59,509 nt of DNA from contig CAZRTR010000003.1 of assembly GCA_964603095.1 (NCBI GenBank), positions 1 to 59,509 on the forward strand, read 5' to 3'. The stretch comes from an uncultured Planctomycetia bacterium. GTDB taxonomy: Bacteria; Omnitrophota; Gorgyraeia; 1-14-0-20-64-10. A program made the translations under genes and the position numbers. Shown piece by piece: positions 1-8,813 of this stretch. The first letter of the stretch is position 1. The number at the start of each line of letters is the position of its first letter. The notes beneath the pieces were generated by a model. That model saw only the letters and a program-made list of their open reading frames with translations. It did no database searches and was not told the origin of the DNA.

Positions 1-224
1 CTGATCCCGGCTATGTCGGCCCGGCCGCGATTGTGCAGGCCCACCGGTTCCTGTACGACAGCCGGGACCAGGGGAAGGAGGAGCGTCTGCGGGTCTTGAA
101 CGAGCAGGATGGGGTCTGGCGCTGCCGGACGATCTTCAACTGCACAGACGCTTGTCCGCGTGGGATCAACGTGACCCGCGCCATCGCCGAGGTCAAGCAG
201 GCGTTGCTGAGGGGCAAGGTCTGA
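1..224 (+). CDS. sdhB: succinate dehydrogenase/fumarate reductase iron-sulfur subunit, C-terminal fragment (5' end outside window)
   Basis: Frame open from the window edge. The CRTIFNCTDACPRGINV Cys motif is typical of the SdhB/FrdB C-terminus. Confidence 0.8.
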   Translation, partial: DPGYVGPAAIVQAHRFLYDSRDQGKEERLRVLNEQDGVWRCRTIFNCTDACPRGINVTRAIAEVKQALLRGKV

Positions 225-287
225 AGTGGGGAAAGAAGGGAAAGAGGAAGCGCTGCGGGCCAGACCTGGGATGTCGGGTGGGGAACA

Positions 288-296
288 TGGTAAAAT
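288..296 (+). promoter_or_regulatory. extended -10-like element TGGTAAAAT
   Basis: Lies 7 nt upstream of ATG 304. The same TGGTAnnnT signature precedes other accessory cassettes in this window. Confidence 0.35.
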
Positions 297-303
297 GGCT
301 GGG

Positions 304-498
304 ATGAGACGACGGACAAGGGTTCTTGCGTTAGATCGGGCGAACGAGTCCCGTGAGATCCAGTTTGAGCTGGATTTCCTGAGGTCTCTGACTATTGCCC
401 AGCGATTCCGTTTGATGCGGAAGAAAACCCGAGAGCTCCTCCAGCTTCTTCAGCACAGTGGACACCGAAGGCCTCCTCAAATTCTTCAAAGAGCATAA
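304..498 (+). CDS. small basic/helical protein, partner of nucleotidyltransferase (cassette 1)
   Basis: 64-aa ORF from an internal ATG of track ORF 226..498. It overlaps the downstream NTase by 41 nt. The same arrangement occurs at 7066 and 40692. Confidence 0.4.
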   Translation: MRRRTRVLALDRANESREIQFELDFLRSLTIAQRFRLMRKKTRELLQLLQHSGHRRPPQILQRA

Positions 499-922
499 GG
501 TCGATTTTGTCGTTATCGGGGCGACCGCCTTCCCGGTTCACGGTTATGCCCGCGCCACCCTCGACATCGACCTGTTCATTCGGCCGGCTCCAACCCATGC
601 CAAGCGGGCCTGGGTTGCTTTAAAGGCGTTCGGCTACGATATGGCCGACATTCCGATGGAGAGTCTTTTGCACAAGAAGCTCTTGATTCGCCAGTACGCG
701 GTGGAGGCCGATATTCATCCATTCGTGACCGGTGTGACATTCGACCGAATCTGGAAGAATAAGGTAGGGGCCAAATTCGGGAAGACAGCGGTCCACTTCG
801 CCTCCCTGGCTGATCTCATTGCTATGAAACGTGCTGCGGGTCGCCCCAAGGATCGGGAAGACCTGAAGTATCTCCTTCGCCTCAGGAAAGCGGAGTCCGA
901 CCTGCGCCGACAGGTAAAATAG
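458..922 (+). CDS. minimal nucleotidyltransferase-fold protein (paralog 1)
   Basis: Contains VVIGATAFPVHGYARATLDIDLF (G-x-D-x-D NTase core) and a C-terminal LIAMKRAAGRPKDREDLKYL motif. Both are shared with ORFs 7268 and 40901. The stop lies 2 nt before ATG 925. Confidence 0.75.
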   Translation: MDTEGLLKFFKEHKVDFVVIGATAFPVHGYARATLDIDLFIRPAPTHAKRAWVALKAFGYDMADIPMESLLHKKLLIRQYAVEADIHPFVTGVTFDRIWKNKVGAKFGKTAVHFASLADLIAMKRAAGRPKDREDLKYLLRLRKAESDLRRQVK

Positions 923-924
923 AG

Positions 925-3900
925 ATGTCGATGATCAGACGTCGGGTCGCTGCGATTTTCCTGATCCTTTCCTTATCCTTTCCAGATTCCAGCTACGCCC
1001 TGCGCCAGACCGGGCTGGAGGAATCCCGCCCCACCCGCCAGCAGCTGATCGACTCCCTTACCGGGGGTTTGGAGGAATCAGCGCAAGAGCCGGACGAAGA
1101 TCAACTCCTGGCAGAGGTGGGGAAGAGTTGGCAGTACCGGATCAAGGATGAGAGGGGCCTGCACATCGATGCGCTCGAGGGTGCCCTGGGCGGAAGTAAA
1201 GCCAGAACCCTGCTGCTTCATTCTGCCTTCAAACAGTTCGACGGGGACATCTATCGGCTGCCGCCGGGGCTGTTTGACCTTCCGGTCTGGCAGAGCCCGG
1301 AGACCGGCGCCCTCTACTGGGGTTGGGATACGCTGGCCCAGCTTTCGGATGGTGAAATCCAAGATGCCTTTTCGAACAGCGATTTTGAATCGATTGCGGT
1401 GGTGCATCCAAAAGAACAGCCCCCGCCATCTCCTCCGAAGCAGGAAGCTGTTCTTCCAGCCGTAGGGCCATCGTTTCCTCAAAACAGTGAACCTATACCC
1501 CAGTCCGTCTTGCCGGTGGGACAAGAGCCCAGGCAGGCATCGCCGGTCGATGAGAGGCCGTCTGAGCCAGGCCAGATTAAGGTGAAGGCACCTTCGGCTA
1601 GGGTATCCTACAAACCGGACGATCTGGAACAGCTTTCCTTTTTGGAGCTGGGCGAGGAGATCCTGGATTCGGAGAAGAGCCGCGGGCGCTCTGCGGGGAG
1701 AACCGGGCGGCTATACAAGGGATATCTCCAGGAATTCGAGGGGGACGAGAAGCGACTTCCCGGAGCGGTTGAGAACGACGAGCAAAAGGCACGAAGGGTT
1801 GCCTTGGCTGCCCTGAATGAAGCGAGGCGGTCCCGCCATCTGCCTTCGGTTACGGGGAAGATGCTCGTTGAGAACAGCCGCAATCCCAAGGTGCTGAGGC
1901 AGTTTGAGTTCGTTTTCCGACAGATCGTTTCCAGTGTCTCCAGGGTATATGAAGGACTCCGGTTTGATCGGGAGCAGGGCCTTCCTGCCAGACCAGAGCC
2001 GCCGGAGGGGTCCCGCTCTCCCCAGGAGTATCTGCAAGCGCTAAGGAGCTGGCTCCTCTATGAAGATTGGAAGGAAAGTCATCTGAGTGCCCCTACCTTT
2101 GGCGTTGGATTCGTGGATTTCGGTGCTGACCGTACCTTGGGCGATCCGGTTCCCTTTGGAATCCTTTCGGTACTGGCAGTTCGTCAGATAGGGATGGAGC
2201 CTTCGATCCGCTGTTTCCCGGAGCTTGCCAGGGGATTGGTCGAAAAGGGGGTGACGAAGGTCGAGTATCTCCCTCCGGTTCCAGGGAATCCCCCGGCCTT
2301 GCGGGTCCAGTTCAAAGATCCGATGAGGGATCGCGATACCGCGATGGTGCTTCCCGCTCTGGCTATGGCCGTGCTGAAGGTGCCCCTGCCGGATCTTCCC
2401 TCCCGAGAGGGCCAGAGGGAAGGGGTAGATCTGTCGGATGAGGAGCTTCTTGAGGAAGCCGACCGTTCCATTCGCCATGAGTTGGAATCGGTGGAGTGGG
2501 ATGAGCAGGAGCTCCGCTCACTCGTTTTCACAGAGGATGACCCGTTGGATCAGAGGGTGGCTCGGTTGGAGAAGCTCGTCCGTCTTGCTTTAGAGGGGAA
2601 ACTCCTCCCCCGCTCTGGCTACGACCTTTACTCCGAAGAAGGGAGCCGGCGCTTTGCCCGTTGGCTGGGCCGCACATCCCGAGAGCAAAGGGTCATTCAG
2701 CGGGATCTTAAGATCAAGTTCCAGGATGCCGCTGAGCGGTTGGGTTGGAGACGCCCCCCCGCCACTGCCCAGGTCCAGCAGGAATTGGCCGACCGCTTCG
2801 ATGAGTGGAGCCAGATTCAGCAGGCCTTGCTTCAGCTGGGTGTTCCGGAACGCACAGGCGATCCTCAGGCCGAAAGGAGAGTGCAGCGGATGGTTAAGCG
2901 TCACCTCCTTGATCTGGCCACCCTTGGCTATCTTCCTCTGCTGCGGCTTTTACTGGTGGCCCGAAGCCCGGAGGATTCCTGGCTGCTTTCCCAAGGGGAT
3001 GAGAGGCATCTCTCGAACCGGCTTGAGAAATTTCGTCGTACTCTTCAGGATGCCGGTTCGATTGTCAAAGAGCTGGCCTCTTCGCTGACGGAATCGGACC
3101 GGGCCATCTTCCTGGCTGAGCTGAACCATGCGGTTCTTCGTGCCTTACCTGCCAAGCCCAAGGAGCCGTTTAGGCAGACCACGATGGATGCCGTGCAAGG
3201 GACGTTGGTGCGGCTCAACGCTCAGCTCCTGGGGGCCGATCCGGAGCGGTCCCCTACCGCGCTGATGCTGAGGCGTCAAGAGCGGGATGCCCTGGTGGAA
3301 GCGGTCCGCTCAACGCAGGAACGGATCTGGGAATTGGCCCGCAGTGATATCAGCCGACCCGGAACGGATGAAATGGAGCGTGCCGTCTCCGAGCTGGAAA
3401 CCGCTGCTCGAGAATTGCCGGCCCTCGGGTTAACTCTCTCGCTGGATCCGCCTCCACCGGTTCGACTCGATTCCCCACCGGTGTTCCAGCAGGATCTCAC
3501 TCAACTTCGTTCATGGGTTGTCTCCTCTCTCCAACAGGCGCCGGAGACAGAGCCGGCGGCCGATTTGGCGCAAGCCGGCCTCTACCGGATGCTCCTGGAG
3601 CTGCGGATGCTGGAGGAGATGGGGGATGTCCAGGAAGCATTCCAAAAGAGTCAGGAGGTACTGTCCCGGCTGGGTCCTGCGCAGGGGGAGAAGTTCCTCC
3701 CCATCCGCAATCGAGCGCAGGCCGCCAAGCGTCGTGCCGACCAGCAGGCCCAAGAGGCGGCTTTGCAGCGCCCTTCTTCTCTCCAAGAGCGGGCCGCGGC
3801 GATATTGGGGAGCAGGGAATATCAGACTGCGATTGGAAACAACCGCCTGCTGCAAGAGTTTCTCGGCGCTGTTGCCGAAAACAGAGCGGGGTTCTTCTCA

Positions 3901-6900
3901 CCGGCTAAGCGGAAGCGGTTGGAGAGATTTCTCCGAGGGAAGGGGGCCCGCCTGGCCGAGCCGTTCCAAACCGTCTTAGATCTGCTTTCCGGAACCGAAC
4001 CCCGCGCCGGCCTGGAGGAGCAGGAGCTGAAGAGGTTCAACGCGGATGATCCCACCGGAGGAGCGGAGCAGGCGCTAGCACTGGCCCAAGCGGGGCAGCC
4101 GGCCCTTCTGGTGACCGATCAGACCGATCCATCGTTGATCAGGGACGATCGGATGCTCGTGATGAATCTCCAGATCCGAAACGAAAGTCCTTATGGGGCC
4201 AGACGGTACGTTGGCCGGATGAAGGCCTCTAGGATTGGAGAAGGAGAGTGGGCCTACTTCAAGATCGACTCCACCCTGAAGGGTCCGTGGGTGGAAGCGG
4301 CGAAACAACTGGCGGAGAAGCTCCAGCCGGAGATCCTCCTGGTGGCGCCGGCCAACGTGGCTCAGGGCCGAGTCACTCGTCAGGGAGTGCACGGGTTCCT
4401 CAAGGAGGAGGGTCGTCAGGAGACGTTTGTCCCTCTCCACCAAACGGAGTACGCCGGTTTCTTGGATGGGACACTGACCGAGGCAGGGTCCGATCTAACC
4501 GAATATCTCACCCGGCATCAGATTCGTCCCGTGGTCCATCTTGGGTTTTCGGTAATTGAACGTGGGGTGAAGGATGTGGGGATCTTCCTCCAAGGGATCC
4601 CCTCGGGGGCATGGGTGGTGGCGGATGCGGTGAAGCCGGAGCATCTGGCTGTGTTGGCCCAGGCGGTCAAAGAAACGGATCGTTCCTTCCTCTGCTGCGG
4701 ATCCGCAGGACTTTTCGTTGAACTGGTCAAACCGGATTCTCCGGTTCCGTTGGTCTCCTGGGTGGAACAGCTTCAGACGGCCCGGAGGGGCAGGGGAAAG
4801 ATTCTCGTCTTGGCCGGGTCCCGCAATTCCGTCTCTTTGGATCAGGTGAATCAGGCGTTGCGTGATTTCCCTGATCGGGGGAGCCGAGTCCTGGTGGAGA
4901 CCAAGCCCCTTTTCAGCCGGCGCAAGGGAAGTAGAGAAGGGGTCATCCGGAAGATCCAAGAGGAGGTGCGCCGCGGATGGCGCAAGGGGCAGGGGGTGAT
5001 CCTTCAACTGGACAATTCAATCATCCTTCGGCCCGGCACACCTCAGCAGCAGGCCCTTGGAGAACTTTATCGAGGGCTCATCGGGCCACAAGAGGGGAAG
5101 AATCCGTTGGGGCTCCTGGTCGTCTTTGGCGGCGATACCCTGGATACGGTCTTGAGGGCCTTTCACGCGGGCTACACCGCCAGGGCGGAGGTGACTTACC
5201 GAAGCGGCGAGCCGGCCACCAACGTCTCCTACGGGGAGCTGCTTGCCCCGGATCGGCCCCCTTTGCCGATGGTAGTCAAGTCGGAAGGGTTCGGGCGGCC
5301 GGAGCTTCTTTCGGATCTGTTGATCCAGACCAAGGTCATCGCCACTCCTCGGCTGGCGGTGACGATGGGGGATCCGGCAGGAAGCGGCCCGGAGCTACTT
5401 TGGAGGGCCCTGGTCGAGCAGCCGGAGCTTCTGGAGGAGTCGGATCTGATCGTGGTGGGGGATTCGGCGGTCTTGAAGAGGGCCAAGGAATACTGGGCGA
5501 TCCGGTCCCGACCAGGCAAGAGGTTACGGATCCGACCGATTCAACGGATCGAGGAGGCCGAATTCGGACCTGGAATTCTGAACGTTCTCGATCTGGGAAA
5601 CGTCGATCCGATCCTCTTGGAGCGAAGCTTCGGGCCCGTCGGGATCTCCGATCTGGACGACGAGACACGCCGACACTTTGGGCGGGCGGCGCTCCAGTAC
5701 CTGGATGCGGCGATCGAGTTGGCTTCGGCCGGGAACGTGGATGGCATCGTTACGCTGCCCGTCACCAAGGAGGACATCGCCTTGGTTGAACCCGGTTTCC
5801 GGGGCCACACCGAATACCTGGGGGAGCGGCTGGGCACCTTGAACGGCTCCGGCGAGGTGACGATCGCTTTGATCCACGGCCCCTTGAGAGTCCTTCATGT
5901 GACGACCCACAAGTCCCTGCAAGAAGTGGTCGAGCAATTCCAAGATCCGGCGATCACCGAGCAGATTCTGGAGCGGATTCGGATCGCCGCCCAGATGGGG
6001 AGACGGTATTTTGGATTGGAGAACCCCCGCATCGGAGTGTTGGGGCTGAATCCTCACGCGGGTGAGGGGGGCCTGCTGGGGGAGGAAGACCAGAAACGGA
6101 TCCAGCCGGCGATCGATCTCGCGTTGCAAGAGGGCCTGAACGTAAGCCCCCACCCGGTCCCGGCCGACACCGCTTTTTCTCCCGAGATGCGCGGCCAGTG
6201 GGATTTCCTGATCGCCATGTTCCATGACCAGGGCCACGGACCTTTCAAGACGGTCGCCGGCTTGAAAGGGGTCAACTTCACCGGGAACCTGGCGGTTCCC
6301 CGGATCAGCCCCGATTTTGGAACCGCCCGCAGGGAGGCGTGGAACCGGCAGCGATCCCGCGATCTTTCTCCCCAGGGCGTCGGTGTGGCGATCCGCACCT
6401 TGGCCCAGATGATCGCCGCCGGCCGACAAGTCGACCGCGCCGGGCTCGAGGAGAACCCGATGGATGCGCGGGTGGATCGGGCGTGGGCATGGGCGGCCGG
6501 GGGCCGGCGTCAGCTTCGAGAGGCGGCTCTGGAGGCGTTGAGAGTCGTTGAGTACGTGGCTTTAGAGGGGGTGCCGTTTACCCCTAGGGCGAGAGCCAGG
6601 GCTTGGGGGATCCTTTCGCAGGCGCACGTCCTCTTTGGGCTTTCGGATGCCTCTGTGTTCTTGCCGGCGGTGAGAGTGTCCTGGGGCTTGTCTCTCTTTG
6701 GAATCCGTTCCAGGTGGCTTCTTTCTGCAACCCTCCGGATGTACCATCGAAAACACAATGGCATGAATCCGTCCCGGGTTCTGGCGCAGCGTTGGTTCAG
6801 CGACCCCCAGGCCGGGCTGGAGGAGCCGATGATTCCCTTGCCGATGGGACTCCGGGACCTGTTCGAAGATTACCTTCAAAGCCAGGCCGGGCTGGAGGAG

Positions 6901-6909
6901 GCGGCCTGA
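925..6909 (+). CDS. giant 1,994-aa multidomain protein: signal-like N-terminus, ~1,000 aa unknown region, DUF1537-type acid-sugar kinase, PdxA-like dehydrogenase, C-terminal tail; six xGLEE motifs
   Basis: Uninterrupted 5,985-nt ORF. The N-terminus has RRR followed by hydrophobic AAIFLILSLSF..SSYA. Kinase signatures: ADDPTGG, FKIDSTLKG, VAPANVAQGR. PdxA signatures: GDPAGSGPE, GHTEYL, NPHAGEGG, FHDQGHGP. xGLEE codons lie at 1009, 1063, 4006, 6439, 6811 and 6886. Confidence 0.75.
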   Translation: MSMIRRRVAAIFLILSLSFPDSSYALRQTGLEESRPTRQQLIDSLTGGLEESAQEPDEDQLLAEVGKSWQYRIKDERGLHIDALEGALGGSKARTLLLHSAFKQFDGDIYRLPPGLFDLPVWQSPETGALYWGWDTLAQLSDGEIQDAFSNSDFESIAVVHPKEQPPPSPPKQEAVLPAVGPSFPQNSEPIPQSVLPVGQEPRQASPVDERPSEPGQIKVKAPSARVSYKPDDLEQLSFLELGEEILDSEKSRGRSAGRTGRLYKGYLQEFEGDEKRLPGAVENDEQKARRVALAALNEARRSRHLPSVTGKMLVENSRNPKVLRQFEFVFRQIVSSVSRVYEGLRFDREQGLPARPEPPEGSRSPQEYLQALRSWLLYEDWKESHLSAPTFGVGFVDFGADRTLGDPVPFGILSVLAVRQIGMEPSIRCFPELARGLVEKGVTKVEYLPPVPGNPPALRVQFKDPMRDRDTAMVLPALAMAVLKVPLPDLPSREGQREGVDLSDEELLEEADRSIRHELESVEWDEQELRSLVFTEDDPLDQRVARLEKLVRLALEGKLLPRSGYDLYSEEGSRRFARWLGRTSREQRVIQRDLKIKFQDAAERLGWRRPPATAQVQQELADRFDEWSQIQQALLQLGVPERTGDPQAERRVQRMVKRHLLDLATLGYLPLLRLLLVARSPEDSWLLSQGDERHLSNRLEKFRRTLQDAGSIVKELASSLTESDRAIFLAELNHAVLRALPAKPKEPFRQTTMDAVQGTLVRLNAQLLGADPERSPTALMLRRQERDALVEAVRSTQERIWELARSDISRPGTDEMERAVSELETAARELPALGLTLSLDPPPPVRLDSPPVFQQDLTQLRSWVVSSLQQAPETEPAADLAQAGLYRMLLELRMLEEMGDVQEAFQKSQEVLSRLGPAQGEKFLPIRNRAQAAKRRADQQAQEAALQRPSSLQERAAAILGSREYQTAIGNNRLLQEFLGAVAENRAGFFSPAKRKRLERFLRGKGARLAEPFQTVLDLLSGTEPRAGLEEQELKRFNADDPTGGAEQALALAQAGQPALLVTDQTDPSLIRDDRMLVMNLQIRNESPYGARRYVGRMKASRIGEGEWAYFKIDSTLKGPWVEAAKQLAEKLQPEILLVAPANVAQGRVTRQGVHGFLKEEGRQETFVPLHQTEYAGFLDGTLTEAGSDLTEYLTRHQIRPVVHLGFSVIERGVKDVGIFLQGIPSGAWVVADAVKPEHLAVLAQAVKETDRSFLCCGSAGLFVELVKPDSPVPLVSWVEQLQTARRGRGKILVLAGSRNSVSLDQVNQALRDFPDRGSRVLVETKPLFSRRKGSREGVIRKIQEEVRRGWRKGQGVILQLDNSIILRPGTPQQQALGELYRGLIGPQEGKNPLGLLVVFGGDTLDTVLRAFHAGYTARAEVTYRSGEPATNVSYGELLAPDRPPLPMVVKSEGFGRPELLSDLLIQTKVIATPRLAVTMGDPAGSGPELLWRALVEQPELLEESDLIVVGDSAVLKRAKEYWAIRSRPGKRLRIRPIQRIEEAEFGPGILNVLDLGNVDPILLERSFGPVGISDLDDETRRHFGRAALQYLDAAIELASAGNVDGIVTLPVTKEDIALVEPGFRGHTEYLGERLGTLNGSGEVTIALIHGPLRVLHVTTHKSLQEVVEQFQDPAITEQILERIRIAAQMGRRYFGLENPRIGVLGLNPHAGEGGLLGEEDQKRIQPAIDLALQEGLNVSPHPVPADTAFSPEMRGQWDFLIAMFHDQGHGPFKTVAGLKGVNFTGNLAVPRISPDFGTARREAWNRQRSRDLSPQGVGVAIRTLAQMIAAGRQVDRAGLEENPMDARVDRAWAWAAGGRRQLREAALEALRVVEYVALEGVPFTPRARARAWGILSQAHVLFGLSDASVFLPAVRVSWGLSLFGIRSRWLLSATLRMYHRKHNGMNPSRVLAQRWFSDPQAGLEEPMIPLPMGLRDLFEDYLQSQAGLEEAA
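4036..5340 (+). other. domain region: four-carbon acid sugar kinase (DUF1537) N- and C-terminal domains within the giant ORF
   Basis: aa ~1038-1472. NADDPTGGAEQALALAQAG matches the family's N-terminal DDxTG motif, alongside FKIDSTLKG. The nucleotide-binding half has VLAGSRNSVS...VFGGDT. Confidence 0.65.
5350..6420 (+). other. domain region: PdxA-family (4-phospho-hydroxy-acid) dehydrogenase within the giant ORF
   Basis: aa ~1476-1832 carry the PdxA motifs listed above. The usual D-H-G-T-A is D-F-G-T-A here. Confidence 0.7.
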
Positions 6910-7050
6910 GGACGGGCCACTTAAGGCGTCGATTCCCCGGTCATCTCCACTGCTCAGGGCATCTTTTCTGCTCCAGGCATCTGCTGTACGTTCATCGGTC
7001 GTGGCTCGCCTCGGCTACCCGGAGCGGGGGTGTCCTGTGCCAGAGCGCCG

Positions 7051-7059
7051 TGGTACAAT
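7051..7059 (+). promoter_or_regulatory. extended -10-like element TGGTACAAT
   Basis: Lies 6 nt upstream of ATG 7066, so the mRNA may be leaderless or have a very short leader. Confidence 0.35.
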
Positions 7060-7065
7060 TAACCC

Positions 7066-7347
7066 ATGAGCGTCGGACGTTCGAAGGTTCGGGTCGGGGA
7101 GCAGGCCGCCCAACGATATCAGGCCTTCAGGGATCTGTTGGATTTCTCTGAAGAGCTGGCCCTGGCCGGAATGAGGTCCCAGGGGCTTTCGGAAGACCAG
7201 GGTTGGCAGGTCTGGCGCCGACGCTGGGCGAAGGCATCTCTCGAACATCAGAAGACCAACCGGAAGGTTGCCAAACTCCTTGCGGCACGGGATAGGGTCC
7301 TCCAGCCCGCTCCACGAAGCGCTCGAGAAGATCGTCGAGCTGCTTGA
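7066..7347 (+). CDS. small protein, partner of nucleotidyltransferase (cassette 2)
   Basis: 93-aa ORF overlapping the NTase ORF. It occupies the same position as ORFs 304 and 40692. Confidence 0.4.
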   Translation: MSVGRSKVRVGEQAAQRYQAFRDLLDFSEELALAGMRSQGLSEDQGWQVWRRRWAKASLEHQKTNRKVAKLLAARDRVLQPAPRSAREDRRAA

Positions 7348-7843
7348 ACGCCGGCGTATCCCCTACATGGTGATGGGAGGGCTGTCTCTCTCCGTCTGGG
7401 GACGTGTCCGGGCGACCCAGGATGTTGATCTGGCGGTGGCGTTGGATCCGGGACAAGAGCCGGACTTCCTCCGGGCGATTCGGAAGCAACATTTTCTTCC
7501 TGCGCCTGCGCGGGCCATGCTGGGCCACCGGCTTCTGGTCTGTCGGTATCTGAAGCCGACTCGAGGATTGCCCTTACAGGTTGACCTCTTCCTTGCGCGG
7601 GGGGAGTATCAACAGCAGGCCCTGGCCCGGGCGGTATCCGTCCGGTTGGGCGCTCGATCTTTCCGGGTCATTGCGCCGGAGGATTTGATTCTGTACAAGC
7701 TCCTGGCCGATCGTCCCATTGACCATCTCGACATCCAGACGATCGTTCAGGAACAGAAAGGCCGGTTGGACAGGAGATATTTGATTCAATGGGCCAGGTC
7801 CCTCCGACTCTCCAGGCGACTGAGTTCCGTTCTAAAGGTCTGA
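7268..7843 (+). CDS. minimal nucleotidyltransferase-fold protein (paralog 2)
   Basis: Contains MVMGGLSLSVWGRVRATQDVDLAV and PEDLILYKLLADRPIDHLDIQTIV, and is clearly homologous to ORF 40901. The exact start is uncertain (ATG 7268 or TTG 7280). Confidence 0.75.
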   Translation: MPNSLRHGIGSSSPLHEALEKIVELLERRRIPYMVMGGLSLSVWGRVRATQDVDLAVALDPGQEPDFLRAIRKQHFLPAPARAMLGHRLLVCRYLKPTRGLPLQVDLFLARGEYQQQALARAVSVRLGARSFRVIAPEDLILYKLLADRPIDHLDIQTIVQEQKGRLDRRYLIQWARSLRLSRRLSSVLKV

Positions 7844-7847
7844 TCTG

Positions 7848-8801
7848 ATGGAAGCGGCGAGATCACCGTACATCAAGCATCTCTATGTCTGCGTGAACAG
7901 GCGGGATCCTGGGGTCACCTGCTGTTCGCATGGAGGTGGAGAGGCGATCAAGGAGAGGATAAAGGCCTTTGTCAAAGCCAACGGCTTGAAAGGCAAGGTG
8001 CGGGTCAGCTCCTCCGGCTGCATGGACCTGTGCGCCCAGGGGCCCAACGTGATGGTCACCCCGGACCACCTCTGGTACCACGGGGTCACCCTGGAGGATG
8101 TCGACCGGATCATTGAGGAGCAGCTGGCGCCGCTGGTGAATCAGGGACAGTCCCCTTCGGGGACAGTCCCGTCACCTCATTCCCACATCCGGGCTTTTCT
8201 CCTGGATCTGGGCAACGTTCTGATCCAGTTCGATCACATGCAGGCGGCTAGAACGATCACGGCCAACGCCAAGGCGACCCCGGAGGAGCTGTACCGGATG
8301 TTTTTCGAATCGCCGCTGATCGTCCAGCATGACGAGGGAAGGATCACCACCCGGGATTTCTACGAGGAGCTCAAGAGGATGATTGGGTTTACCCTCTCCT
8401 ACGGCGCCTTCCTCGCCGTTTGGAACGACATCTTCACGGAGAATCAGGAGATGACCGCTTTTGTACGACGGCTGCTGAGCCAATATCCCTGCTTTCTGAT
8501 CTCCAACACGAACCGGCCTCACTTTGAGTTCTGCCGGAAGCGGTTTTCGATCCTGAACGAGATGAACGGCTGGATCCTCTCCTACGAGGTGGGGGCCTTG
8601 AAGCCCAAGCCGATCATCTACCAGCGGGCGCTGGAGATGCTCAGGATTGCCCCTTCCCAGGTCTTCTACATCGATGACCGGACCGATCTGATCGAGGCGG
8701 GGCAGCGGATCGGATTCCAGACGCACCGGTTCACCGGGGTGGAGCCGCTCGTCGAGGAGCTGAAGCAAAGGGGAGTCGGCGGCCTTCCTCGGCTTGGCTA
8801 G
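7848..8801 (+). CDS. fusion protein: thioredoxin-like [2Fe-2S] ferredoxin domain + HAD-superfamily (YihX-like) phosphatase domain
   Basis: The N-terminal domain has Cys in VCVNRRDPGVTCC...GCMDLC. The C-terminal domain has the DLGNV motif I and a HAD-IA-like core. The linker is encoded by a palindromic repeat. Confidence 0.75.
   Translation: MEAARSPYIKHLYVCVNRRDPGVTCCSHGGGEAIKERIKAFVKANGLKGKVRVSSSGCMDLCAQGPNVMVTPDHLWYHGVTLEDVDRIIEEQLAPLVNQGQSPSGTVPSPHSHIRAFLLDLGNVLIQFDHMQAARTITANAKATPEELYRMFFESPLIVQHDEGRITTRDFYEELKRMIGFTLSYGAFLAVWNDIFTENQEMTAFVRRLLSQYPCFLISNTNRPHFEFCRKRFSILNEMNGWILSYEVGALKPKPIIYQRALEMLRIAPSQVFYIDDRTDLIEAGQRIGFQTHRFTGVEPLVEELKQRGVGGLPRLG
8144..8170. repeat. palindromic repeat family A (GGGACAGTCCC), 2 units, translated in frame
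   Basis: The sequence gggacagtcccc-ttc-ggggacagtccc encodes QGQSPSGTVPS in the inter-domain linker. Confidence 0.85.
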
Positions 8802-8813
8802 GGACGCCCTTCT

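Noticed and set aside
1009-6900. AGLEE as a DNA-level repeat (e.g. uptake or Chi-like sequence)
   Set aside because: The copies use different synonymous codons and different flanks, and all are in the same reading frame of two ORFs only. Conservation is therefore at peptide level.
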